Source: Candidatus Onthoplasma sp.
Lineage (GTDB): Bacteria > Bacillota > Clostridia > Christensenellales > UBA1242
Direction: 5' to 3'
Assembly: GCA_965646995.1 (NCBI GenBank)
Contig: CBFGBH010000007.1
Location: forward strand, 4,585 to 68,584
Length of the DNA: 64,000 nt
This document shows, one piece after another, positions 9,348 through 19,338 of the stretch (within the stretch, counting starts at the first letter, position 1; every line of letters starts with the position of its first letter). The notes beneath the pieces were generated by a model. It worked only from the letters and a program-made list of their open reading frames with translations, was not told where the DNA came from and did not search any database. The position numbers and the translations under genes are program-made.

Positions 9348-9376
9348 AGTATAATAAATCAGTCTACGATTGTCAA
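9348..9376 (-). promoter_or_regulatory. Promoter of rplM-rpsI (~100-nt leader follows)
   Basis: Minus strand: TTGACA (9376-9371), 17 nt, TATACT (9353-9348). Confidence 0.6.
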
Positions 9377-9395
9377 TAGAAAATTTAAATTATTT

Positions 9396-10139
9396 TTATT
9401 CAGATAGTATTTTTTGCAGACATTTTAATGTCTGTTCGTTGATTTTAATGATATCAGACGATTTGAGTTCGTTTTCTACTTTTAAACTAATTGCGACTTT
9501 AGTGTCTTTGTCCATAGTTTTTATGTAAGTTTCTTTATATATTTTTATATCACTTGCGAATTGAGACTTGTTCTTATTGAGCTGATAATTCTCTAAAATA
9601 TGCTTCATAGAGATGAATAGATTAAAATAAGTGGATTCGGTAGTATCAATGACTTTTTCTTCAGTATGAGCATGTGTAATTTTTATTTTTTTGACATTTG
9701 CATATATCAAGACGGATATAAATGCAAATATCAGACTCAATACTACTATTTCAATGACCATTTTTTGTAAGTTAGATAGAGTAGGTAAGTTATTTTGCAG
9801 TTTATTAAAATAAATTCCGACAGCTTCGAATAAATTGTATTTTACTTCGCATATGAATATAGACTCAACGAACATTGTGGCGATTATATTTAAAATTGCA
9901 GACCACAATACGCACCAAATGAAAGCGCCGAATACACTTCGCCAAGTAGGTCGACAATAGTGTAGGAATACAGCGATAGCTATCAATATGCCTATAATTG
10001 TTACGACGAAGTCATATAGATTGTATGCATAGAGAATGGCGAATACAATACTGGCGATTAATAGTGTATGGAAACTAAGTCCGAGAGCTTTTGCTTTACT
10101 CGGCTCAATGTGGCGTTCTTTTTTCTCTTTTTTGCTCAT
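9396..10139 (-). CDS. Polytopic membrane protein, paralogue A (paired with 11005-11766)
   Basis: AAGGAG RBS and ATG 10139. Shares an ordered set of motifs with the downstream paralogue (KA.G.SF; W..V...F.WC..W...LNI; E.IFIC; YFNLF). Confidence 0.7.
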   Translation of the reverse strand: MSKKEKKERHIEPSKAKALGLSFHTLLIASIVFAILYAYNLYDFVVTIIGILIAIAVFLHYCRPTWRSVFGAFIWCVLWSAILNIIATMFVESIFICEVKYNLFEAVGIYFNKLQNNLPTLSNLQKMVIEIVVLSLIFAFISVLIYANVKKIKITHAHTEEKVIDTTESTYFNLFISMKHILENYQLNKNKSQFASDIKIYKETYIKTMDKDTKVAISLKVENELKSSDIIKINEQTLKCLQKILSE

Positions 10140-10221
10140 ATGGCACTCCTTATGAATAAAATATAGCATATATTAAAAAAAATGTCAACCCCATCATAAT
10201 ATTGACATGGTTAACATTCTG

Positions 10222-11003
10222 TCATACAATATCTGGTGTATCTACATAAAAACCCGAACTTCCCATACGCCTAGCGAATGAGATCTCTTTAGAATTAGTT
10301 GGAGTATGTACGAGAATAGGTTTATATCGGCTTAAATAAGACTTGTTAGAGTTAATTGAAGAGATAGGTAGAGTTATTGCTATAATACGCATATCATTAA
10401 AATTTGATATTATTTTAAAAGCAGAATAGTGGGATATATAGTTAGTATAAATATATTCTTTGAAACTATATTTTTCTTTTGCGATTTTCCACATATCTAA
10501 TGAATATATTTGAGGTATTATAACATTGTTTAAATCAATTTCGGTATTATTGTTTAATTTAACAATCCGGTCTAGTACACCAATGGGGTCAATTTTACTA
10601 TCAATTATGATTTTTATATCAGGATGTGACTCGAGTGTTTTGATTAGCCATTCTTCATTAATGGGAGTAAACCGATTAAATACTTTTAATTTCAAAAATT
10701 CATCATAACTTATATTTGAATTGCTTATGCTTAAACCATAAAATTCGTGTGTTCCAATTAAATGATTGTCTTTTGATAGTTCAAAATCATATTCAAAATA
10801 TCTACAACCTTTTTTATAATAATATTCAAAACTTTCTTGAGAATTCAGATAATTATATCCCTCGTAATTACCGCCAGCATGTAATATTACAAATTCATTG
10901 TTTGAATAAGGGGGGGGGTCACGCTATTTGAGATAATACTAGGCTGAGGTAGTATAAATGAAAGTAAAAATATTGTGCATATTATAATAATTTTAGATAT
11001 CAT
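10222..11003 (-). pseudogene. Secreted PLC/GDPD-like phosphodiesterase, frameshifted at a C9 tract (candidate phase-variable gene, currently OFF)
   Basis: ATG 11003 gives MISKIIIICTIFLLSFILPQPSIISNSVTPP, then goes out of frame at the tract and stops. With 10 or 7 C the reading continues ...PPPYSNNEFVILHAGGNYEG...IGTHEF... into ORF 10222-10695. Confidence 0.7.
10910..10918. repeat. G9 (C9 on the coding strand) homopolymer
   Basis: Counted directly. Confirmed by the antisense ORF reading AAG GGG GGG GGT. Confidence 0.95.
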
Positions 11004-11004
11004 G

Positions 11005-11766
11005 TTAGACCTGATTTTTAATCATCTTATACAATAAAGTTAAAGCATTCTTTTCAGTTGTGCCGAGATTTTCTTTATTAAGTTCGGCATCGATGATTTT
11101 AACTAATGTATCTTTCTCTTCTTGAGAGAGCTTTTCTAGATATGTAGTACGTAGCTCTTCCATATCAGCTTTTAATAGTTCTTTATCCTTATCGTTATTA
11201 AATCTCTCCAAACTACGCTTAGCGGTAGAGAATAGATTAAAATACAATAATTCTATATTAGCGTCTTGAATAGTAGTAGAAGTATTTTCAGAGTTATCTT
11301 TAGATTTTCCTTCTTTCTTTTTGTTTACCACATACGAACCGATGAAATATGCAAGCCCAATTGCAGCACAGAATACAGTGATGAGTGTAGATTCAGTGAT
11401 TATTTTTATAAATAAATTGCTAGCTTCTTCGCTGGTTTGTAATAAGGTATTGAGTAGTCCAAATGCAGTTATTAAATCGTAGCCTTCCATACATATAAAT
11501 ATACCTTCAGTGATATACACTGCTGTAATGTTCAGTAAAACCAGCCACACAGTACACCAGACGAATGATACTAAAATATTTACCCAATTAGTTTTAGTGA
11601 ATTTGTTGAAAACAATCATGGATAGCAATATACCAGCAATAGGAACTAAATATAGATAATAGCCAAAACCATATATTAAACCAAATAGTACACTAGTAGC
11701 TAAGCAAACTAAGAAACTGAATCCATATGCTTTCACTATACTAGGTTTTACATCTTTTTTATTCAT
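11005..11766 (-). CDS. Polytopic membrane protein, paralogue B
   Basis: 253 aa with the same architecture and motif order as 9396-10139: N-terminal TM bundle and a C-terminal helical soluble part. Confidence 0.7.
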   Translation of the reverse strand: MNKKDVKPSIVKAYGFSFLVCLATSVLFGLIYGFGYYLYLVPIAGILLSMIVFNKFTKTNWVNILVSFVWCTVWLVLLNITAVYITEGIFICMEGYDLITAFGLLNTLLQTSEEASNLFIKIITESTLITVFCAAIGLAYFIGSYVVNKKKEGKSKDNSENTSTTIQDANIELLYFNLFSTAKRSLERFNNDKDKELLKADMEELRTTYLEKLSQEEKDTLVKIIDAELNKENLGTTEKNALTLLYKMIKNQV

Positions 11767-11824
11767 ATTATCTCCTTATCTCTTATTAATATATTATCAA
11801 AATTTTATTAAACTGTAAAGAATA

Positions 11825-12544
11825 TTATTTATATTCGACAGATTTCAAATATAAAAATTCAGGTTTTGCAGTATGTACAGATTTAAAAGTAGTGAATAAA
11901 ATTGGTTTGATTTTTTTGAGCTCTAACTTTCCTTCGCCTATCTTAATCATAGTTCCTACGATATTACGCACCATTTTATATAAAAATCCATTCCCGGTTA
12001 TGAAGAAATATAAATATTTATCTTGTTTTTTTAGATTTGTTTTATAGATTGTGCGAATACTTGTATCTGATTCGCTCCCGCTTGCTCTAAAACCTGCGAA
12101 ATCATGTGCACCTATTAGAGTATTAATAAATTTTTTCATCTCTTTTATATTAATACTTTCATTCACTCTAAAAGCATCAGTATATAATGGTAAATCTATG
12201 CCGGATAGATACATTTTATACATGTAAGTTTTTCTTTTAGCAGAAAATCTAGCATGAATGTCGCTTTCTACTATATTTAATACACGAATAGTATTTGGAA
12301 GTATTCCATTAATAGAGTGCAAAAATTTATTAGTATCTAATTCATGCTCTATGTCAAAATGCACAGTTTGAGCGTAAGCAGAAACACCTGCGTCAGTTCT
12401 GCCACTCGCTACACAGTTAACCTTTTCTTTGGTAATTATTTCAATAGCTTTTTCGACCTGCTCCTCAATAGTGTTCGCGTTTTTCTGCTTTTGCCATCCT
12501 GCGTAATCTCTGCCGTTATAGCTAATAGTCATCAAATATCTCAT
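11825..12544 (-). CDS. truA: tRNA pseudouridine(38-40) synthase
   Basis: ISYNGRDYAGWQKQ, ASGRTDAGVSA (catalytic Asp) and FLYKMVRNIVG. Confidence 0.9.
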   Translation of the reverse strand: MRYLMTISYNGRDYAGWQKQKNANTIEEQVEKAIEIITKEKVNCVASGRTDAGVSAYAQTVHFDIEHELDTNKFLHSINGILPNTIRVLNIVESDIHARFSAKRKTYMYKMYLSGIDLPLYTDAFRVNESINIKEMKKFINTLIGAHDFAGFRASGSESDTSIRTIYKTNLKKQDKYLYFFITGNGFLYKMVRNIVGTMIKIGEGKLELKKIKPILFTTFKSVHTAKPEFLYLKSVEYK

Positions 12545-12687
12545 ATGTTTATTCTAACATATGTTAAGATAAATTTCAACTCTTATAAAAATGAAAAATT
12601 TTGATTAATAAAAAACAGATAAAAATGTTTGTAAAAAAAACTTTCACATGTTAAACTTTTTATGAATTAATACAATAAGGAGAAAGT

Positions 12688-15600
12688 ATGAGAAAGGTTA
12701 CTATAGATGGCAATTTTGCTGCGGCGAATATTGCATATATGATGAACGATGTGGCAGTGATATATCCTATTACGCCCAGCAGCCCAATGGCAGAGAATTG
12801 TGACCAGTTTAGGTTTGATAAGAAATTAAATATTTTTGATAATACATTATATCTTACCCAGATGCAGAGTGAGGCAGGAGTAGCAGGAGCTGTTCATGGC
12901 AGTTTAGTTGCAGGGGCAAAGACTACCACATTTACATCTAGTCAAGGCTTGCTACTAATGATTCCTAATATGTATAAGATAGCAGGGGAGGGACTTCCTA
13001 CAGTCTTTTATGTGGCAGCTAGAAGTGTAGCAACACATGCATTAAATATATTCTGTGACTATAGTGATATTTATGCTTGCCTTAAAACTGGATTTAATAT
13101 TATTAACTGTTCAAGTGTGCAAGAGGTCAACGACATAGCTATAGCTTGCGAGTTGGCTAGTCAGCGAAGCAAGACGCCTTTCATCTGTTTCTTTGACGGA
13201 TTTAGAACAAGCCACGAATTGTCCACTATCGAGATGACCGAATTAGACGATTTAAAGAAAATCGTTGACTATGAAGATATAAAAGAATTTAAACATACTG
13301 CTATGAATAATCACGAACCATATAGTGCAGGCACTAACCAAAACCCAGATGTATTCATGCAGAATAGAGTGCGCGCGATAGAGAAATATTCGCATGTGCT
13401 CGATGATGTGAGATTTGGCTTAAATAGACAGAGCGAAATTACAGGTAGGACTTATGACACGATAGAGTATTATGGAGACCCTAATGCGCGTGATGTGGTA
13501 GTGAGTATGGGTACCTGTGCTGATGTATTAAAACTTGCATTGAAGCAGTACAAAAGTAAAGTCGGAGTGATTAAAGTTCGTCTACTTAAACCTTTTGATG
13601 AAGAGAATTTTATAAAAAAATTACCCAAAACTACTAAAAATATCACGATTTTAGAGCGAAATCTCGATGTTAATGGAGTGGATACGCTCACTAGTTTTGT
13701 TACTCATACATTGTTTAAGTATAGATTTAATGTTAATTGTTTCACAGGTACATATGGTCTCGGTGGTAAAGAATTCACTCCGGATATGGCTATGTCGGTA
13801 TTTGATAATATGACTAGTAGGAAAAAGGAGTTTTTCACACTTGGAGTATATGACGATGTGACTCAGACGAATCTTGAGATTAAAGAACGCTACCTTGATG
13901 ATACATCGGATTTCAGTATGCGAGTTTATGGACTGGGTAGTGATGGTAGTGTCAGTTCGGTTAAGAATACTATCAAGATTTTAGGCGAAGAGACCACTAG
14001 CTATATGCAGGGGTACTTTGACTATGATTCGAAGAAATCAGGTAGTCTCACAGTATCTCATATGCGTTCGCATTTCTTGCCAATAGTAGCTCCGTTCAAT
14101 CCTAGACAGGTTGATTTAGTAGTATGCAATAATGCGGGATATATAGAGAAATATGACATTACAGAGTGTTTGAAAGATAATGGGATATTACTTCTTAATT
14201 CAAATTATGATTTTGAGACGCTAGACAAGATAATGCCCAATAAGATGAAAGAAGATTTGAATACCAAAAATATTAGACTATATTCGATAGATGCAAATCA
14301 CATAGCACACGATTGTGGATTGGGTGGCAAGATTAATACAATCATGCAGACCGCACTATTCTATGTATCTAAATTATTACCTTTCGATGTAGCTATGAAT
14401 AATATCAAATCTAGTATTGTTAAGACCTATTCTAAAAAGGGTCAGAAAATAGTAGACGCTAATCTAAAAGCTATCAATGGTATTGAGAGTAAAATTACTA
14501 ACATTAATCCTAAACGCTTCACATTGAAGTCTACACCTGTATGTAAAGTGAGACAGAGTGAGTATTATGAGAATATTATTGTGCCTACTAGCAATCAGGA
14601 GGGAGATAATATTCCTGTCAGCAGTTTTGATGTAGCTGGTCATATGCCGACCGATACTTCTAAGTTTGAGAAACGAGCTCTAGCTACTCAAATGCCTGAA
14701 TGGATTAGTGAGAAATGTATTCAATGCGGTAGGTGTACTATGATGTGTCCGCATGCAGCAATACGTCCAGTGATATTCGAAGAGAAGAAAAAGGTACCTA
14801 AAACCTTCACTAGTAGGAAAGCCTATATATGCGATGGCAACTATCGTATGCAGGTTAATACGCTAGATTGTACCGGTTGCGGAGTGTGTAGCGAAGTATG
14901 CCCAGTGAAAGCTCTCATCATGACTGAGAGTGAGAAGATTAGAGATAAGGAGATATCAAACGAAGAGTTCTTGCTCACATTGCCACAGATTACACCATTT
15001 ACTCCAAATACTGTCAAAGGTGTTCAGTTTAAACGCCCATATTTTGAATTCAGCGGAGCATGTGCAGGTTGCGGAGAGACTCCGTATATCAAGCTTGCCA
15101 CTCAGCTTTTCGGCGATAGAATGCTCATTGCAAATGCGACAGGTTGTTCATCAATCTATGGGGGGACATATCCTACTTGCCCATACTCGAAGGACAAAGA
15201 TGGCTTTGGACCTAGTTGGGCAAATTCACTATTTGAGGACAATGCAGAGTTTGGTTTTGGTATGGCAATCGCTAGACGAAATCAGAGAAAAATTTTTATA
15301 GAAAACTTAAAAACAATGAAATTTTCTAAAAAAATCCAGACTTTAGTCTCAAAATTTTTAGAAAATACAGAAAATCATGAGTTTAATAAACAATTTATTT
15401 TGTTCTTAAAAGATTATAAGCGTGGTCATGTTATTAAATTAAATGAAACTTATCTATTCGAAAATATATCACTTATTACTAGTTCAAGTATGTGGATATT
15501 TGGCGGAGATGGTTGGGCTTACGATATAGGTTTCGGCGGGCTTGACCATGTGGTAGCTAGTGGAGAGAATGTGAATATCTTAATATTAGATACCGAAGTA

Positions 15601-16140
15601 TACTCTAATACTGGTGGTCAGACGAGTAAGTCAACTCCACGGGGTGCTACGGCCAAATTTAATATGGCGGGCAAAGAGACGAAGAAAAAAGACTTAGCCA
15701 GTATGCTCATGACTTATAAAGATGTATATGTAGCAACTGTTGCAATGGGTGCAAATCCTGACCAGTGCGTTTCTGCCTTTATCGAAGCGGAGAAATATGA
15801 TGGGCCAAGTGTGATAATTGCTTACGCACCTTGCATCAATCATGGCTATGAAATGAGATATAGCCAGCAGCATTCTTTCAATTCAGTGAAGAGTGGATAT
15901 AATACGCTCTTCCGCTATAACCCGAGTGAAAAAGAGCCAATGAAGATAGATAGTTACGAACCAACTATGAACTATAGTGAATATGTTGATAGCGAGAATC
16001 GATTTGCAATTTTAGAGAAAGTGAATAAACCAAATAAGAAAAAACTTATCAAAGCGAGCGAGTGTGATGCCAAGGCTCGTCGCTCGACCTATCTAAATCA
16101 GCAAAAGAATTTAAATAAACCGAGAAAAAAGAATGATTAA
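12688..16140 (+). CDS. nifJ: Pyruvate:ferredoxin (flavodoxin) oxidoreductase
   Basis: 1150 aa. Two CxxCxxCxxxCP ferredoxin motifs (CIQCGRCTMMCP, CTGCGVCSEVCP), a GGDGWAYDIG TPP-binding motif and an N-terminal MDGN..AA..AY pattern. Confidence 0.9.
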   Translation: MRKVTIDGNFAAANIAYMMNDVAVIYPITPSSPMAENCDQFRFDKKLNIFDNTLYLTQMQSEAGVAGAVHGSLVAGAKTTTFTSSQGLLLMIPNMYKIAGEGLPTVFYVAARSVATHALNIFCDYSDIYACLKTGFNIINCSSVQEVNDIAIACELASQRSKTPFICFFDGFRTSHELSTIEMTELDDLKKIVDYEDIKEFKHTAMNNHEPYSAGTNQNPDVFMQNRVRAIEKYSHVLDDVRFGLNRQSEITGRTYDTIEYYGDPNARDVVVSMGTCADVLKLALKQYKSKVGVIKVRLLKPFDEENFIKKLPKTTKNITILERNLDVNGVDTLTSFVTHTLFKYRFNVNCFTGTYGLGGKEFTPDMAMSVFDNMTSRKKEFFTLGVYDDVTQTNLEIKERYLDDTSDFSMRVYGLGSDGSVSSVKNTIKILGEETTSYMQGYFDYDSKKSGSLTVSHMRSHFLPIVAPFNPRQVDLVVCNNAGYIEKYDITECLKDNGILLLNSNYDFETLDKIMPNKMKEDLNTKNIRLYSIDANHIAHDCGLGGKINTIMQTALFYVSKLLPFDVAMNNIKSSIVKTYSKKGQKIVDANLKAINGIESKITNINPKRFTLKSTPVCKVRQSEYYENIIVPTSNQEGDNIPVSSFDVAGHMPTDTSKFEKRALATQMPEWISEKCIQCGRCTMMCPHAAIRPVIFEEKKKVPKTFTSRKAYICDGNYRMQVNTLDCTGCGVCSEVCPVKALIMTESEKIRDKEISNEEFLLTLPQITPFTPNTVKGVQFKRPYFEFSGACAGCGETPYIKLATQLFGDRMLIANATGCSSIYGGTYPTCPYSKDKDGFGPSWANSLFEDNAEFGFGMAIARRNQRKIFIENLKTMKFSKKIQTLVSKFLENTENHEFNKQFILFLKDYKRGHVIKLNETYLFENISLITSSSMWIFGGDGWAYDIGFGGLDHVVASGENVNILILDTEVYSNTGGQTSKSTPRGATAKFNMAGKETKKKDLASMLMTYKDVYVATVAMGANPDQCVSAFIEAEKYDGPSVIIAYAPCINHGYEMRYSQQHSFNSVKSGYNTLFRYNPSEKEPMKIDSYEPTMNYSEYVDSENRFAILEKVNKPNKKKLIKASECDAKARRSTYLNQQKNLNKPRKKND

Positions 16141-16146
16141 ATTAGA

Positions 16147-16176
16147 AAATCCACTTGTACGAGTGGGATTTTTATT
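16147..16176 (+). terminator. Intrinsic terminator after nifJ
   Basis: AATCCACT-loop-AGTGGGATT followed by a T run. Confidence 0.6.
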
Positions 16177-16288
16177 TTTATTATTTATTATAATCACTAT
16201 GTTTTGATATTCTTGTAAAAATTAGTTGCAATTTGTAAAAAAATATTGCATACTCTTTTGAGTTATATTTATTTATGGAGTAATTAGT

Positions 16289-17632
16289 ATGGATTATTTA
16301 GAAATAGTGAAGATTATAATGATAGTGATTAATGCAATATTATTGATATTCCCACTCCAGTATGTATTTATTTGTTTGCCAGGAGTATTTTTAAAACCAA
16401 AGAAATTTCCCACGAGGGAGGAAAAACTTAAATACGGAATGATAATAACAGCTAGAAACGAAGAGAAGGTAATAGCTGGACTTATTGATAGCATTAAAAA
16501 ATCAGATTATCCACAGGATAAAATCTCAATTTTTGTAATTGCTCATAATTGTACTGATAGAACAGCGGAGATAGCAAGAGAGCATGGAGCTATAGTATGT
16601 GAATACAATAATCCTAATGAAAGAACTAAAGGCTATGCTCTAAAAAGAATTTTTGAATATATTAATACTAATTATGGTATAACAAATTTTGATGGTTATC
16701 ATATTTTTGATGCTGATAATATTCTAGATAAAAATTATATTACTAAACTTAATGATGCTTTTTTATATTATGATAAAAAACGACCAGTCATGGGGTTCCG
16801 TAATTCTAAAAATTTCGGTGAAAATACTCAAACTGCTATGTATGGACTTCTATATGTTTCTGAATGTAGATTGGAAGATGTTACTAGGTCGTATCTAGAT
16901 ATTTCGTCTAGATTGATAGGTTCTGGCTATGTCGTTAGTAGTGAAATGGTTAAAGATGGTTGGGATTGTGTAATTTTGTCTGACGACGTTGATTTTTCCA
17001 CAGAGCAAGTTCTCAGAGGAGAAAAAGTAATGTATTGCCATGAGGCAATGTATTATGATGAGCATCCTACGACTTTTAAAGCTATGTGGCGTCAAAGATT
17101 ACGTTGGTCAAAGGGTGTTATGGTTGTAGCGAAAAAACATTGGAATTCACTTTGGAAAAATCTATTTAGAAGCAAGAAAGCAGGCTCTTTAAAAGATAGT
17201 TCAAAATCTCCAAAGAAGATATCTACTATTGATTTGATGTTTAAATATGTGCCTATGGCATTATTAGGTTTTATAGCTTTATTTATAAATATAATATTAG
17301 TAGCAATAGCACCATTATTTGGTTGTGACCCTGTAAGCGCATGGATAGGACTACTAAATTCTTTGAGTTGGGGCATGCTTTTAGGTTATGGTATACTGAT
17401 ATTATGTCCAATAATATGTTATATACTTGAGAGAAAGACTATTGTTGGGGTTTCTTTGTGGACGAAAATTAAATCAACTTTATTATTTCCTTTATATATG
17501 TTTTTGCTAGTTCCATTACAAATTCAGGCACTATTCACTAAAAAATTTGAATGGAAACCTATAGAACATAAAAACACATCAAATTTTGATACATTTAATA
17601 AAATTGAGAATCAAACGGAGGATAAAAAATAA
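16289..17632 (+). CDS. Membrane-embedded processive family-2 glycosyltransferase (PgaC/IcaA/BcsA-like synthase)
   Basis: One N-terminal TM, catalytic motifs TARNEE, FDADN and SDDVDFS, QRLRW (17093-17107), and 4 C-terminal TM segments. Confidence 0.75.
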   Translation: MDYLEIVKIIMIVINAILLIFPLQYVFICLPGVFLKPKKFPTREEKLKYGMIITARNEEKVIAGLIDSIKKSDYPQDKISIFVIAHNCTDRTAEIAREHGAIVCEYNNPNERTKGYALKRIFEYINTNYGITNFDGYHIFDADNILDKNYITKLNDAFLYYDKKRPVMGFRNSKNFGENTQTAMYGLLYVSECRLEDVTRSYLDISSRLIGSGYVVSSEMVKDGWDCVILSDDVDFSTEQVLRGEKVMYCHEAMYYDEHPTTFKAMWRQRLRWSKGVMVVAKKHWNSLWKNLFRSKKAGSLKDSSKSPKKISTIDLMFKYVPMALLGFIALFINIILVAIAPLFGCDPVSAWIGLLNSLSWGMLLGYGILILCPIICYILERKTIVGVSLWTKIKSTLLFPLYMFLLVPLQIQALFTKKFEWKPIEHKNTSNFDTFNKIENQTEDKK

Positions 17633-19338
17633 TGAAGGTAGTAATAATATCAGGCGGTTCAGGTAATGATACTCTGATTAAAGGATTAACTAAATATGTT
17701 GATTCGGGTTTGGATATTAAAGTAATAGTCAACGCCTACGATAATGGAAAATCTACAGGTGTATGTAGAGCGATAACGAACACTTTAGGTGTATCAGATA
17801 TTAGGAAAAATCACTCCCGTATGTATGAAGCAATTTGTGCAGGGAGGGTTGGCCCTGACAAAAACTTGTTGGAATTCTACAATAATAGATATACATTCGA
17901 GAAAGGGCGCGAATTAAAGCAAGTTCTACAGCTTCTAAAGAAATGGAATTTAACAGAATATAACAAGTTTGTTAAAAACTTTTTCAAGCATGATTCTATC
18001 TCTAATTATGAATTTAAAGATTTTAGTGTGTCAAACATAGTTTATTCGGAGATGTATGAAGAATTAGGTTATGAGATTACTAATCGACATTTCTGCGATA
18101 AATTGGGCATTGATGATTTCGTGATACTAAATTCGTTTGATAATCTCTTCATTAAAGCACAGACAGAATCAGGTCATGTCATAGAAGATGAAGGGGAGAC
18201 AGTATTTTGGAATAATCCAAAAGACAAGATTGTCAAAACCCTATATGATGTAAAATCGCATTTTGGCTTAAATGAGCGTGCCGTGAATTTAGTTCTGGAT
18301 GCAGATTTAATTATTATTTCTACCGGTACATTCTGGAGTTCAATTCAGCCTACAATTGAATATTTAGACTTTTATAAAAACATCAACGAGTCAAAAGCCA
18401 AGAAAATATGGGTCATGAATAATGAAGAAGACGGAGATTCGTTTGGAGTATCTAATTTAGAATTGATTGAATATATGGCTAAGACAGGACTAGACTTGAG
18501 TCAGTTCAAAATATTAATCAACGAAGATGCTAGACCGTCTATGAAAATGAGCAATGAAAAGTACAATTTTATCAAGAAGTCTATGGGGAATACCAAAGGT
18601 AAACATGATGGTAATAAGTATGCTAAGGCAATATTACAAGTTTATTTCGGTGTAGAAGATCTAGTTAATTATGATAAAATTTTATTTGATTTTGATGACA
18701 CAATATGGACTAGGTCATTTGATAAAGATTTAGTAAAGTATTCCTTGCAGAATACCCAATTAATTAATGATTATTTGTCTAAAAAATCTGTTATTATCAG
18801 TGGCAATTCGTACAATAGTATATATAAAAAATTAGCCACATATTATGGTAATTCGCTTGAAAAATGGAAAGTTGATATATGGGCGGATGCCAATACCACA
18901 TTATATAGAAAAAATAAGGTGGTTGAGATAATTAATAGTCTGGTTATTCCAGATAGTGCTGATAAAGATATAGAGAAATTGACTAAAGATTATGGTTTAA
19001 CAATGCAAAAGATAGGAAACCCTATCGTAAACTATAAATTTAAACCATTATCAAACCTCGAGAGAATGTTACTAGTTGATTTGGTTAATAGTAAATTTAA
19101 AGGTCGGTTCAAAGCCAGTATGACAGGCAAAACCACAGTAGATATTTTACATTCTAATAATACTAAAGAGGTTGTATTCGATCATTGCGGTTTTGATAAA
19201 CTAAATACATTATTCATAGGAGATGAATTAGAGAATGGTAATGATTCTGTCATATATAAAAGATGCACCTCAGCAGTAGAAGTAAAAGATATAGTGGACA
19301 CCAATATAATATTAAAACTTTTGTTAGGAGATAAATAA
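17632..19338 (+). CDS. Fusion protein: CofD/YvcK-family (UPF0052) transferase domain plus HAD-IIB-type phosphatase domain
   Basis: N-domain: IISGGSGN, NAYDNGKSTG, ISTGTFWSSIQP, NNEEDGDSFG. From about aa 348: DFDDT, ISGNS, MTGKTTVDI, IGDELENGND. The start overlaps the upstream stop by 1 nt. Confidence 0.6.
   Translation: MKVVIISGGSGNDTLIKGLTKYVDSGLDIKVIVNAYDNGKSTGVCRAITNTLGVSDIRKNHSRMYEAICAGRVGPDKNLLEFYNNRYTFEKGRELKQVLQLLKKWNLTEYNKFVKNFFKHDSISNYEFKDFSVSNIVYSEMYEELGYEITNRHFCDKLGIDDFVILNSFDNLFIKAQTESGHVIEDEGETVFWNNPKDKIVKTLYDVKSHFGLNERAVNLVLDADLIIISTGTFWSSIQPTIEYLDFYKNINESKAKKIWVMNNEEDGDSFGVSNLELIEYMAKTGLDLSQFKILINEDARPSMKMSNEKYNFIKKSMGNTKGKHDGNKYAKAILQVYFGVEDLVNYDKILFDFDDTIWTRSFDKDLVKYSLQNTQLINDYLSKKSVIISGNSYNSIYKKLATYYGNSLEKWKVDIWADANTTLYRKNKVVEIINSLVIPDSADKDIEKLTKDYGLTMQKIGNPIVNYKFKPLSNLERMLLVDLVNSKFKGRFKASMTGKTTVDILHSNNTKEVVFDHCGFDKLNTLFIGDELENGNDSVIYKRCTSAVEVKDIVDTNIILKLLLGDK

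Noticed and set aside
10716-10931. 71-aa + strand ORF that contains the G9 tract (read as KGGGH).
   Set aside because: It is antisense to the phosphodiesterase reading frame, which has clear family motifs, and it has no RBS.
12555-12566. Perfect 12-bp palindrome TAACATATGTTA in the truA/nifJ divergent region. It shares the TAACAT half-site with the XRE operators at 37221-37261.
   Set aside because: By my rough estimate, tens of 12-bp palindromes are expected by chance in 64 kb of this AT-rich DNA. The arm spacing also differs from the operators, so this is insufficient evidence for a regulatory link.
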